A DNA stretch of 63,825 nt, the filler included, from Fonticula-like sp. SCN 57-25 (Eukaryota), in assembly GCA_001724245.1 (NCBI GenBank). It is 3 parts of 3 records of this genome, joined end to end, with 100 filler letters (N's around TTAATTAATTAA, not from the genome) between each part and the next. Parts side by side here need not be neighbours in the genome. Positions count along the whole stretch, not along the records: positions 46,084 to 63,825 come from MEDX01000112.1; 2 more parts are not named here. One strand, 5' to 3'. A program made the position numbers and the translations under genes. Shown piece by piece: positions 46,738 to 58,609 of the stretch. Each line of letters opens with the position of its first letter. The stretch's first letter is position 1. Below the pieces are notes generated by a model, which was not told the origin of the DNA, did not search any database, and worked only from the letters and a program-made list of their open reading frames with translations.

Positions 46738-48935
46738 TCAGCTTGTCGGAACCGGAAGCTCGCTCATCGGAAGAGCTGCCGTCCACGACAATATCCACGC
46801 CGGCGCACCGCCATCTGCCACTTTCTTGCGCAAGCATTTCCTGATAACATGCAAAAACTGCGTCGCCTCTTCAAGGTTGTCCTTGAGCTTCGGGTCGCAA
46901 TCCAACAAAATCTCGACCGTCAACGAAGCGAGCGTCTCCCCACTCCAGCCCTTCATATCAATCTTAGGAAAGTTGATATTGTTCGCTTTCGCGTAGCTAT
47001 CGATATGATTACTGTAGATCCACAAGCCCTCATCGTAAGATGTTTTGCGACGCGGAGACCCTCGGACTCCAAGTCCATGCTCGCGCATGAAGACGGCGAG
47101 CAAAACTTTGCAGCATGTGTCAAGCGACAAGCCCGCCTGTTTCAAATCAAGCGCAGTCATATGCTGCATGACAATGCCGTTAAAGTCTTCCCCGAGTCCG
47201 ACCAGCGAAAAGTACGTCGTATCAACCTCTTTGACCGAGGCCACCAGAGCGCGCACGGCGGCGTTGCTAAGCGAGGCGAGCGGCAGTTTGCTTTCGTTCG
47301 CACGAGCGAGTTCGGCCATGGCGTCACGCTCCTCGGCGAAGTTGATGCAGCCGCGCTTCTCGCGCAGATCAACCTACCAATGGGTGAGCAAAACGTGAAC
47401 CGACAAAGCACGTACGGGCATGCGGAGATAAACAAACGAAAGATCCGGTCGACCATGTGCAATGAGCAGGCCCGTAGGGGCATGGTAGGCGAGCGGCCCA
47501 CCATAATCCTTTCATGAAAATAAGCACATCGATAAGAGGCAAAGTACAGCGTGGCGTACATCCATATTGTTTTTCCATTCCTTGGTCTCAGTGTCAAAGA
47601 AGAAAAGATAGTCCTTGCCGTCAGCTATCACGAGACACTTCTCGTCCGGTGTAAACATGAAGCGAGAGTCGTAATCGTCAGTGCCTTCTTCTTCAAGGTA
47701 GTCTTCGTCATCGTCCGGCCATTCAGACCGACACTCGGACATATTGACCACCCTTCTAAAGCGATTATCTGTTAGGAGCAAGAACCTACCCCTAGGGCTG
47801 AACAAAATGCGCTCAATACCCTACAGCAAACCGATGGCGTCAGTGAAAACCAAAAACAAAAGTAAAAACCACAATATCAAACTTACCAAAGATTCACCGT
47901 CCTCTGGGTGCTCCATGGTGAGAGTACCAAGACATGACCATTCGCCGTCGTCGTCCCTGCCATAAACACTGACGTTTTCATCGCAAACAACGGCAAACAT
48001 CGACCCGTCTCCCGACGCCTGAAAATGATGGCGCTTAACGCAAATGTCAGCAAACGAAAACATTCAGACCGCAAAGGCGCACTGCTTTGCCGAGATCGAC
48101 AAACTCTTCATCGGGCAGGCTCACGGCCTCGACTGCGAGAGTGTTCAAATTCACAAACCTGACGCCCGCAGTCGAGTAGAGCGCCACTCGGTCATCCGCA
48201 ACCAGAGCACCGCTGCAAGCCTACCAATACATGTCAGCAAGCGAAGAGAACGCTTGGTCATTCGCACAGCTTCATCGGCAAAGTCGTAGACGACCTGACT
48301 GGTCCACTCGCCAGTGTCGCCGGACGGGCGCGTCAGCTGCTGTACGCAAGTGTCGCTAACCAAAAACACACGCTGGTCATCCGCGGACCACCCAATGCTC
48401 TAACCGCAATGAAACGAAACGGTCAGTACGCCAATAATCGTATACCTTTGCAATCAAATCGTCGCACATAGCAAGCTGTCGCAAAGAGACGATTTACAAA
48501 CACGGACGTTCCAGATACGACGTCGACAACGTGCAGCGATGTCGAGTTGGGACCATCACCATTATGAAACCCGGCGTACGCGGCCATTGCAAAGAAGCGC
48601 CCGTCCGCAGACATGGAGCAGACATCGGGGCTCTCATTGCGCTGGCCAAAAGTGTTAGCATACAATATGACAAATGAAGCAACGGGCCGTACGCCGGTGG
48701 GATCGGGCTGAAGCTGGATAGTGCGTTCAATGTCGAAAGCAAACGGAATCCAATCATCTTCCTGTTCTCCACTGTCACTGTCGTCTTGTTTATCATCCTG
48801 GCTCTCATCGTGGCTTTCATCCTGGCTCTCATCTTGGCTCTCATCCTGGCTATCATCGTGGCTCTCATCTTGGCTCTCATCTTGGCTCTTGGCGTCGGCA
48901 GCCCGGGCCTCCGAATTTTCATGCTCTCCCGCCAT
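46738..48935 (-). CDS. Multi-exon protein: acidic QDES repeats, beta-propeller-like blades, C-terminal SAM-like domain(s)
   Basis: Blade-like segments MSADGRFFAMAA, WSADDQRVFLV, FSPRGRFLLL, FTPDEKCLVIA. FNGIVMQHMTALDLKQAGLSLDTCCKVLLAV is SAM-like. The single-gene model is inferred. Confidence 0.55.
48790..48890 (-). repeat. 12-bp coding tandem repeat (Q/H-D-E-S)
   Basis: ctctcatc(c/t/g)tgg units, about 8 copies. Confidence 0.9.
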
Positions 48936-49569
48936 CAACTCAAAAATCAGGTTACAACAGGGTACACCACAGGCCACACAATTCGCTTCTCTTTCGCTGC
49001 CTTCCTACGTTGAAAAGGTCGAAAAACAGAACTTGGGAAGAACTCGACGCAAACTGACAGCCTGACAGGTGTCAGGTGTATCGAAGCAACACAAACAAAC
49101 AAAAAAAGAAAAAAAAGGATTATTTTGATGTTGGTTTTAAACTGACCATCATCAAACGGACGCAGCTGTCAAGGACGGCCCGCGCCAGCTTGCCGGCTAG
49201 TCCGTGCGTCCACGCCATTCATTATGAGGTTGCTGGCTACGACCTGGGTTGCTTGAGCGTTTATGAGTATCGTTGGCTGTGTTATGTATTTCTACACCGT
49301 GCCGGCATGGCGCGCGCTGTATGCCACCTACGGCACTCGGTATTTTGATATGTGACTATAACGAGTCTGAAAGTGACAATCATGTTACATGCACTGGCTA
49401 TGGGGAAAGCGGCCCTTTCCAAAGCCTCATGGCAGCAATGGCAGCATATTCTCCCCCCCTCTCCTGCCCCTCTCTCTCTGCGCAAACGGGCACACTCGGC
49501 TCTTGTCTAATTGTTTTCTTTTTCATTTCCATTTGAATACAAAACACATATTATAAAAAAGGGTCCACT

Positions 49570-50467
49570 TTAAATGTTCTCGGCGAGAGCGGCGTTGATG
49601 CGCTTGACCTTTGACGCGACCGAGAGGTCGATGGTGCGGTCGCCGATCTGGACGATCATGCCTCCGAGGATGCTGGGGTCGACCTTGGCCGTGACCGTCA
49701 GCGTCTGCTTGGCCTCGATAAAGTTCTTCTTGAGCGCGGCCTCGAGCTGCGACTTGAGCTTGCCCTCGAGCGGGATCGCCGACGTCACAACGGCGGTCAC
49801 CTCGCCGCGGTGAGCGAGCATCAGCTGGCCAAAGGCGGCCGTGATCTTCTCCATCTCATTAAGGCGGCCATTCTCGGCGAGCGCGCTCAGCAGATTGCCG
49901 ACCTGCGACTGAAGCTTGAGCTTCTTCACAATGGCCTCAACCTGGAAGAGGAAAAAGAAAGAAAAAGGTGTCAGGGATGACCGACACAAAGAGGCGCGCG
50001 CGTACACCCTGGCGCTTCACAGTGGTCGACACGACGGGCGACTTGAAGAAAGTGTTCACGCCCTTGTCGCTCGCAATGGTCGCATTGAGCGTCTATTGAA
50101 CGGCGGAGTCAGTAAGCACGTAGCTATCGAGCAAGGCCGAAAAGTCGACCGCTTGTGCTTCATGGGGTGTGGTGCGCACCTTGAGATCAGCCTCGACCTT
50201 GTCAAGAGCATTCGTCTTGACGGCGGCCGAGTACAGAGCAGTCGCGTAGCGGCCGTCGATGCCAAAGAGGCGGACCGGGGGCTGCACAGCGGTCGCGTAC
50301 GAGCGCGCCTGAAAAGGTAACCAAAACGTGATTAGCACGGCGGAAAAAAGAGCAGCGCGGTGATGACAAGAGCAGAAAGAAAACAAGCACTAAAGGCAAA
50401 AATAAAAGGGAAAGTGACGTACAGCGAGGAGCGGCGCGCGCAGAGAGGCAACGCGAATGGCCGACAT
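49570..50467 (-). CDS. ATP5PO: Mitochondrial ATP synthase OSCP subunit
   Basis: PPVRLFGIDGRYATALYSAA, LAENGRL, HRGEV..VTSA, VDPSILGGMIVQIGD..DLS; 4 exons. Confidence 0.96.
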
Positions 50468-50686
50468 TGCTTTCTTTTGGCTCTCTCTTACTTTGAGCAG
50501 CAAGAAAAAACGGCCTTTTGTCCCACCGGGATCTCCCTCGAGGACACAAGGAAAGAAGAAAAGCACGGCAGATGAATTCGTCTCACGCTGAAACGTCTCA
50601 CCATCACGTGATGTTGGCCTTGGATCGGGCAGGACTCGGGGGTGGATTGGTATGATTGGTCACGTGTCACACACTAGAGCGTGGTG

Positions 50687-51007
50687 ATGGCGCGGTGGCG
50701 CAGCCCGATGGAGCACGCTCGCCTGTGGCGGATCGGCACTACAAAGTACCTTGCGTCGTGGCGCAAGCCTGCCGCTACCTCTAGCACTGTTTCTGGTGGC
50801 GAAGGCCCGTTTGATATGGATGCCCAGCGAAAGGCGATCGCAGGCATGGGCTCCGACATGCGCGAGATGAAGGATCGGATGGAGCCCGGCTTCAAGCAGG
50901 CGCTCGAGTCTCGCGTCGGCCTTATGAAGGAAACAGTCCGTGAGTTTGCAAAGGGGTATCGGGAAGGTCTTGCTGGTGGCACGGACGCCGACAAGAAGCA
51001 GATCTGA
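50687..51007 (+). CDS. Small hypothetical protein, possibly mitochondrial
   Basis: Single ORF with coding-like codon usage; amphipathic C-terminus ETVREFAKGYREG; divergent from OSCP. Confidence 0.6.
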   Translation: MARWRSPMEHARLWRIGTTKYLASWRKPAATSSTVSGGEGPFDMDAQRKAIAGMGSDMREMKDRMEPGFKQALESRVGLMKETVREFAKGYREGLAGGTDADKKQI

Positions 51008-51383
51008 TGCAGCCACGTTTATGTTCCTTTTAAATGATAGTGTACTTTTATTGCTCGGGTGAGGGCGCGGATAAAGATCACAGCACAACCCATGTGCACT
51101 GTAATACTGTAAACTGTAAACTAAGCCTTATGGCTGCATAATGTAAATTGGCATACCCCTTTGCTCAATATCGTCATTTTTTAATGTTCAATAGCGCTGC
51201 CCTACCCGGGCGTCTCCCAGCCTGCTCCCAGCCGCGTATGCATACAGTGTATATTTGCATGAATCGCATCAATGATAATACCATATCGGCAACACACCCC
51301 TCTACCAAAATCGCCCCTTTTTAATACAGAATCAATCGACAAAACATTTGAAGAATCCCTTTTTGCTCGCCGTCTATGCATCC

Positions 51384-52584
51384 TCACTCTAGCCGCTCGT
51401 GTGGCCCAGCCCTGTGGTGCCCGTCGTCCATGCCCGCGGCTACGCAATATGTCAGCCACCCAGTCAAAATTGCACACACTTTCTGTTTCCTCCCTTCCCG
51501 TGCGTACATGAAAAGAACCGCATTGCGAGCGTGTAGGTGAGCAGCGTCGCCGCGTTGGTCGGGAATGCGCGGACGAGCGTCGCGACGAGCCCTCGCCCAA
51601 ACACGGCGACGCCCTCGGCGCGGTAAATTCCCACGGCGCACTGCCACGTGGTCTTGTAATGCAAACCTCCTGCACTTTGCATCTTTGTTTTGATGACGTC
51701 GGTCGGGTAGGTGGAGATCCACCCGAGCATCCCGCTGATGCCGCCGGCAAAGAGGAGCCGCCCTGGCGGAAGCGCGTCGACGCTCTCGCCTGGCCGTGTA
51801 AGCGCCGCGCACAGCGCGTCGTACGACGCAAAGTAGACACCGTAGCTGGGCGTCTCGCGCAGTATCGTCGGCGTGATCCCCCGGAAGCACCCGGCGATCC
51901 CCCGCTGTAAGTAGATGCGCCGCAGGACGCCGATCGGCCCGCGATCGAGCGAGTGCGTCACAGCGCCGCCGCCGGGGCCGCGCACGCCCTGGTTCTGCAT
52001 CTGGATCTTGCCGAGCTCGAGCGGGCACGAAATGATCGTGTTGGCGAGGCCAGCCACGCACCCGGCCACGAACACGTGCGAGAGGGGGGAGCGGCCATCG
52101 GGAGAGGGATCGGGCGAGAGAGACTGAAGAGAGCGGATCGTCTGGCCGTAGATGCCAAAGAGGAGCGCGTTGATGAGGCCGACGCCGATCAGGGGAGACG
52201 TCATCCCTTTGTACAGGCCGTGGATCTGCGACAGGCAAAAGAAGGATTAGGCAACCTCATCGACACTACAGATGCACGCACCGACTCATTCTTGAGGATC
52301 GTGAGGAAGCAGTGAAAGGTGCCCGTGTAGAGATGCGGCGTGCCGGCGACGTACGGCTGGGTCTGCAGGCGGACCTTGACCGTGTCGGCGGGATACCCTA
52401 CCACGATCCCGGCGAGGCCGCCCATGATCCCAGCGACATAATCTGGAGAATGCAGGGAAAGGAAAAGAAAAAAGATACAGTTAAAATCGAAATTATAAAA
52501 AATAATGGAGAGGACAAGAAGGGAAAGCAGAAAGGACAGCGGCCGCGTTGACAAAGGCGGTGCGCCAGACATACCTGCCGCCAT
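51384..52584 (-). CDS. SLC25 mitochondrial carrier (basic amino acid/carnitine class, SLC25A29/A45-like)
   Basis: Three Px[DE]xxK motifs (PADTVK, PLELGK, PTDVIK); RETPSYGVYF; RAFPTNA; 10-nt first exon MAA|D. Confidence 0.92.
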
Positions 52585-52910
52585 GCTCGCCGCAAGCGTG
52601 GGAAGAAAGATTGGCCACGTGGTGATCGGGTGGTTTGGCGGGAATATGCAGAAATCCAACGTAGCACCGACAAAACTGTTAACTACGCGACGGGGAATCG
52701 CTGCGCTGCTGGGCGCGTAGGGGCAACTTGCAGCATATTAGGGGTAGCGAGAAAAAATGCTTTGATAGAAAAGGCCATTGCAGTGGTCAATACCCCTTAA
52801 AGTACGCAAAAGTGAATCCCGCGCTCAGCGACTGCTCAACATGAACATATTGTGAATTGTATTGAGAAAAAAAGGTATATGACGCCTAAAGTTCACTGAA
52901 TAATGTACAC

Positions 52911-53498
52911 TTACCACGTGGTCCCGCCGAAAGCGTCGCTTGCCGCGTGGTAGTTTAGGCTGTCTGGGTTTATCGCAAACGCCTCGAGCACCTGCTTGAG
53001 CGTCACCATGCCCGCGCTCTTTGCGCGCAGCTCCTCTGCGGCCACCTGCGCGACGTGCTGCCACTTTGAGCACAAGTCCATGAGCTTGTTCATCTCGTCC
53101 ACGTCAAGGCACTTTTCAATGAGCTGCATCCTGCGCACGCGCTCGTTGCTCTCGCGGATCGCGCCCTTGAGCTCGACGCGGCGGATCTGCAGAGCGGCCA
53201 GCTCGGGGTCCTGCACCTTGCCCTTGCTCGTCGACTGAAGCGCGGTGCCGCGGCGGAGCGGGCTACGCAGCGCCGAGTGCGGGGATGAGGTTGGCGCGGC
53301 GGGCGCGGATGCCGGCGACGATGACGAAACAGAAGGCGACTCGGAAGGAGACGCGAGAGCGCGCTGCTGCGAAGGCGACGGCGGCAGGCCCATGCGGCGC
53401 CGACGCATGCCTGGCGACGGCTACAAATAAAAAATCCAAGCAGTTAGAGAGGGAAAACACGCAGCGCATCATCGCCCATCCCGGTCGCGCACCAGCAT
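52911..53498 (-). CDS. SFR1: Swi5-dependent recombination factor Sfr1/Mei5
   Basis: KLMDLCSKWQHVAQVAAEEL..TLKQVLEAFAINPDSLNY..DAF fits the Mei5/Sfr1 C-terminal domain. The start is uncertain (6-nt first exon inferred; alternative ATG at 53408). Confidence 0.8.
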
Positions 53499-53580
53499 TT
53501 CGCGCGCACTGCTTGCACACTCTGATTGGCCCGCCCTATTCATCCTTTCCCGCCAACGCCACAGCCCTGCCACAATCGTG

Positions 53581-55629
53581 ATGGCGGTGCGCCTGCTCTG
53601 CCGCCCGTCGCTGGGCGCATCGGCGCGGTCGGCCCTGTCGCCGGCCCGCCTCTTCTCCGCCTCGATCGTCCCGAAGCAGGCCCCCTCCGCGTCCTTTACC
53701 TCGATCTCTGGCGTCCTTTCGCTCGCCGTCCAGCGCGCGCGCTTTCTCCCGCTCGATCCCGCGCTCATCCGCGTGGCGCATGCCGAGGAAGCCGCCCGCC
53801 GCTCCGGCGCCCTCGGCCCCCGCCTCGCCGTCAACGCGCACGGCCTCCAGCCGCGTGGTCCTGTGCGCGACTTGACCTTTTGGGAGCTCTGCCGCGAGCT
53901 TGTCGCTCTGCTTGATTGGTTCTGGCTTGGCGCGACGGTCGCCGCTGCCGTGGCGACCGCGGCGGTGGGCGTCGCTCTCCCTCGCGCGACCGGCCAGCTG
54001 GTGAATGCGCTGACGCGCCTCGTCAAGGGCGAGAGCGCCGAGCTGACCTCTGCTGCCCTTCGGATGGCCTTTCTCTCCCTCTCCAACGCGGTGCTCACCT
54101 TTGCGTACATTTCGAGCGTCTCGATCGTCGGCGAGCGCCTTGCCGAGCGCCTCCGCACGCGCCTCTTCTCCTCTCTCCTCTCCCAAGACATTTACTTTTT
54201 CGACTCGCACAAGACGGGCGATCTTCTCTCCCGCCTCACGAGCGATGTCCAAGAGTTCAAGCACAGCGTCAAGGGCCTCATTGGCCAGGGCGTCAAGGCC
54301 GTGACGCAGACCGCCGGCGGCCTCGCCTCGATGATGTCGCTCTCCCCCCTCATGACGGGCGCCCTCGTCGTGTCGCTTCCCCTCATCTACGCCGTCGGCT
54401 CCCTCTACGGCTCCTTTTTGCGCCGCGTTTCTGCGCGCGCGCGCTCAGCCGACGCCGAAGCCGCGGGCCACGCGACCGAGTGCCTTCACCACGTGCGCAC
54501 CGTGCGCGCCTTTGCGACCGAGCCGCGCGAGTCTGAGCGCTTTGCCGAGCTGACGGGCGTCGCCGCGCGGCTCCACGAGGCGCAAGGCCTTCACATTGGC
54601 GCCTTCCAGGGCCTCACCAACCTCTCCTTTAGCGGCCTCTTCCTCGGCATCCTCTGGCTCGGCGGCTCGCAGGTGGGCGACGGCCGCCTCGCCGCCGGCG
54701 ACCTCATGAACTTTTTGATGACGACGCAGAGCACGCAAAAGAGCCTTGGCGCGCTCGTCGCGCTGCTCGGCACGGCCGGCAAGGCGATGGGCGCCGGCGC
54801 GCGCGCGCTCGAGTACGCCGCCATGTCGCCGCTCGTCGCGCTGACGGGCGGCGCGACCATCCCTTCCGCGCAGCTGCGCGGCGACATTGTCTTTGACAGC
54901 GTCGACTTTGCGTACCCCTCGCGCCCCGAGCAGCGCGTTCTCAACGGGCTGCAGCTGCGCCTCGCCCCCGGCAAGGTGACCGCCCTCTGCGGCCCGTCCG
55001 GCGGCGGCAAGTCGACCGTCGCTGCTCTCATTGAGCGCTTTTACGAGCCAATCAACGGCGAAATTTCGCTCGACGGTCGCGACATTTCGCGCCTCGACCC
55101 TTCCTGGCTGCGCTCGCAGATCGGCTACATTAGCCAGGAGCCGGCGCTCTTTGGCACGTCGGTGCTCGAAAACATCCGCTACGGTCGGCCGGACGCCACC
55201 GACGAGCAGGTCATTGCTGCTGCGCGGCAGGCCAACGCGCACGACTTTATCAGCGCTTTCCCGGACGGCTACGCGACGCGCGTCGGCGAACGAGGCGTCG
55301 CGCTGAGCGGCGGCCAGCGGCAGCGCATCGCCATCGCGCGCGCTCTCCTAAAGGACCCCAAGATTCTCATCCTCGATGAGGCGACGAGCGCGCTCGACGC
55401 AGAGAGCGAGCGGCTCGTGCAGGCGGCGCTCGACAAGCTCATGAGGGGGAGGACGGTGCTCGTGATTGCGCATAGGCTGTCGACGCTGCATAATGCGGAT
55501 TGTATTGCAGTGATGCACCCGAGGGCAAAGAGGATTATCGAGACGGGGACGCACGCGCAGCTTATGGGGAGTGAGTCGTTTTATAGGAATTTGTATCAGC
55601 AGTGGAAGTCGGAAGATTTTGTCGAGTGA
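53581..55629 (+). CDS. ABCB8: Mitochondrial ABC-B half transporter (ABCB8-like)
   Basis: TMD + NBD: GPSGGGKST, LSGGQRQR, ILDEATSALD. RLTSDVQEFK and GDLMNFL..QSTQKSL favour ABCB8. Intronless. Confidence 0.88.
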   Translation: MAVRLLCRPSLGASARSALSPARLFSASIVPKQAPSASFTSISGVLSLAVQRARFLPLDPALIRVAHAEEAARRSGALGPRLAVNAHGLQPRGPVRDLTFWELCRELVALLDWFWLGATVAAAVATAAVGVALPRATGQLVNALTRLVKGESAELTSAALRMAFLSLSNAVLTFAYISSVSIVGERLAERLRTRLFSSLLSQDIYFFDSHKTGDLLSRLTSDVQEFKHSVKGLIGQGVKAVTQTAGGLASMMSLSPLMTGALVVSLPLIYAVGSLYGSFLRRVSARARSADAEAAGHATECLHHVRTVRAFATEPRESERFAELTGVAARLHEAQGLHIGAFQGLTNLSFSGLFLGILWLGGSQVGDGRLAAGDLMNFLMTTQSTQKSLGALVALLGTAGKAMGAGARALEYAAMSPLVALTGGATIPSAQLRGDIVFDSVDFAYPSRPEQRVLNGLQLRLAPGKVTALCGPSGGGKSTVAALIERFYEPINGEISLDGRDISRLDPSWLRSQIGYISQEPALFGTSVLENIRYGRPDATDEQVIAAARQANAHDFISAFPDGYATRVGERGVALSGGQRQRIAIARALLKDPKILILDEATSALDAESERLVQAALDKLMRGRTVLVIAHRLSTLHNADCIAVMHPRAKRIIETGTHAQLMGSESFYRNLYQQWKSEDFVE

Positions 55630-55906
55630 ATGTACAACAGAAAAATAAAGGAATGCTTGAAAAGAACAAATTTCGATATTTTTTTGCTTGTTTTTGCATG
55701 TTTTTGTGTGTTTTTGTGTGTTTTCGCGTGTTTTGTATGAACAAAACTTTTTCCAAAAGTACTCAATTTTATTCACGTTTTATTATCGAAACAAACGCGG
55801 TGGACTTTGCCCTCGCAAAACACCGACAATAATAACAAGACGCTTCCAGGAACGCAGCACACTCTTCCAAATACACACCTGCCATCCCCCTCTTCGCCAC
55901 CCTTTA

Positions 55907-55917
55907 CTAGTGCTGCC

Positions 55918-55954
<37 letters not shown>

Positions 55955-57296
55955 CTTTGACTTTGCACTTGGCGCCTTTGTCCTTGCCTCAAACACCTCC
56001 CCGATCGCCTGCTTGAAGCACTCAAAGTTATAGTCGATCAGCCCGTGCTTTTCAAAGTTGTCCTCCCTTAGCAAGCACACGAGCGCGAGGAACCTGTTGA
56101 CCTCGCGCAGGTACAGCACCATGCCGTTGTTGAGCTTGATGACGGCGTTCGAGTCGGCCGCGTCGGCCGCACTTGCTGCGCCCGCGGCGCCCCCGCCGGG
56201 CGACGGCGCGATGGCCGGCGGCGCCCCGGCCGCGCCGTCGTCCTTGGCGCTGCCGTAAATGTAGGAAATGTCAATGACGACGTCGATCATGTCCGAGCAG
56301 AGCTCGTAAGTCTGCATGTCGACCGGCGAAGAGTCCGTCCCGATGTAAATCTTGCTGACGACGTCGAAAAGGAACGCCTTTTCGATGCCGCTGTTTGAGC
56401 AGAGAATGTTGAGGAGGTTTTCGAGCGTCGGCAGCTGCGGGATCAGCTTTTGGATCACCTTGGAAAAGGCCTCAAAGATCGAGTGGTCGTAGATCGACGT
56501 CAGGTAAAAGGAGAGGCGGATCTGGTCAAGATGCGCGTCGGCGAGCTCGTCGCTCGCGCGCTGCTGAATGTCGCGCTGCGCTTCCATCTTGTGCTCGTCG
56601 GAAAGGCCATCGACCTTGTGGATGAAGACTTCAAAGGAGATGCTAGGGTTTACCTTGTACGCCTTGGTGACGGTCATGTGAAGCTTGGAGAGAGCCTCGA
56701 TGTAGTCGTCTTGGGCGTCAATAACAAATACAAGGGCGCCGCAGCCGCCAAAGATCATCTCGGAATCAAAGGCGGGATCGAAAAAGTCAATCTGGCCGGG
56801 GAAATCCCACACTTGAAACTGCACAAAGGAGCTGTTGGAAATGTCTGGAAAGACGAAAAAAAAGGGAAAGAAAAAGGCAGGTTAGTTAAAAGAAAAAATA
56901 AAAGGAAAAGTGACGCACCATTCTTGATCACCTTGGACGTGCTCTCGAGGAACAGCGTTTCGTTGGGCGACATTTTGTGGAAAACGACTTTTTGAATGGA
57001 CGACTTGCCGCTTCTGTAAATACATAAACGAATGAGAAACGCGAAATGAATGCGCTGCGAATGACGCACCGCCTAAGACCCATTAAAAGAATGCGCGGCT
57101 TATTATCATTGGCCGACGGCGTGTAGCCGTACAGCGCATCCGTCCCATATCCCATGTCCGTCGGGAAACTCGTCCCAAACTCGTCATCTTGATAATCCTC
57201 GTACGACTATTGAGGATAAATTACGAGAAGAAGGGGTAGGCGACAGGCGATGCGTTAGCAAAAATCAGCGTCAGGCCAAGTGCGCCGGCGCACCAT
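55907..57296 (-). CDS. RRAGC: Rag GTPase C/D (Gtr2)
   Basis: [60 protein letters not shown]. The first coding exon appears to be ATG only. Confidence 0.96.
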
Positions 57297-57703
57297 GTTG
57301 ATGTCGGCCCGCCTTTCTCTCTGCGTCACACAACCCAAACTATGACTCTGCCCCTGACAATGTCACACTGCTGTCACAACAGGCTGTGCGTGGAAACGTA
57401 TGATTGGTTCCTGTCAGAAATGTCTGCCATTTCTTCCAGAAGATACGGTCATCAGTTTGGGGAGGTGATTCCTGGGGTCTCCCACAAATTTAGATCATAT
57501 TGTCTCATGTTGTTGGAGGGGATGTTAAATGGTCTACCCGATATGACACACAAAATTCCTCCAAAATCGGCGCGCTCCCTCCAGCGGTTTCTGCCCCTCG
57601 ACCTGCCCTCGACATCTGCTCGACATACGCTGGCCGTTTTACCGTTTTACACCGCTTCTCTCTCGAAGCGTCCGTCCCCCGCCCCACCCCCCGCGCACCG
57701 TTT

Positions 57704-58609
57704 ATGCCCCCTGTGCGCGCCCGCGGCCTCGCCATACACCAGACTGTTTCCCGCGAAACAGCTCTTGCGGTTTGCGCGCTGGTGCAGCTCAATCCGAACG
57801 GCGAGTACATCTGCTGTGAGAAATCGTTTCAGCGCAACTCGCATATCCGCTCTCATTTGAGCAACGTTCATGAACTTCTTCCCTTTGTGTGTCGCTCGGA
57901 TGGCTGCGCTCAGCGGTTTAAAAAGATGGAGTCGCGCGAGAACCACGAAAAGGCCGACCATGCTCTCCATCGCCCGCCGAGCGACCCGCGCCTCCGCATC
58001 AGCATGATTCTTTCCCACGCCAGGTCTTTTATGGGCGACATTACCGTTGATGCCATCGTTCCCTCTACCGCGCCAGACGATCCGCCCAGCAATTATCCTG
58101 ATTCGCCTGGGTCATCGGATTCTGACTCGGGCGAGGTCCCTTTACCGACCGATACAAGCACCGTGGCGACCGAGTCTGCGAAAGAAGTGTATCAAGGTAA
58201 AGGTCAGGCGAGCCACGCAAAGGGTATTCAAGAAGGTCATCTCAATATCTTTGGTCAGCTGGAACCTTTCATCGAGACGGATCAGGCGGATTGTTCCCCT
58301 GGCGATGAGGTGCTGCCTCCTTTCCCTTCTACCGATGAAGAGATGAAACAGTTTTCTTCTAGTTGTGAAGAGAAGGACCTTTCCCCTTCTAGTTCTGAAG
58401 AGGCGGACCTTTCGTCTTCCAGCAACGATGTGATGGAGCATTCTCTCTATATGGAAGCTGTGCTGGAACTCTTCCCTTCTATCAACGAAGGAATGACACT
58501 TTCCAATGCCAGTTATGAAGTGATTCAACTTTGCCGTGCTGTTGCTCAACTTCCCGATCCTAGTTTGGACGGAACATGCTCAGATGCGGCAGATCGCTCC
58601 GGCTCTTAG
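57704..58609 (+). CDS. C2H2-type zinc-finger protein with acidic C-terminus (paralogue 1)
   Basis: YICCEKSFQRNSHIRSHLSNVH and FVCRSDGCAQRFKKMESRENHEKADH; intronless; start inferred. Confidence 0.75.
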   Translation: MPPVRARGLAIHQTVSRETALAVCALVQLNPNGEYICCEKSFQRNSHIRSHLSNVHELLPFVCRSDGCAQRFKKMESRENHEKADHALHRPPSDPRLRISMILSHARSFMGDITVDAIVPSTAPDDPPSNYPDSPGSSDSDSGEVPLPTDTSTVATESAKEVYQGKGQASHAKGIQEGHLNIFGQLEPFIETDQADCSPGDEVLPPFPSTDEEMKQFSSSCEEKDLSPSSSEEADLSSSSNDVMEHSLYMEAVLELFPSINEGMTLSNASYEVIQLCRAVAQLPDPSLDGTCSDAADRSGS

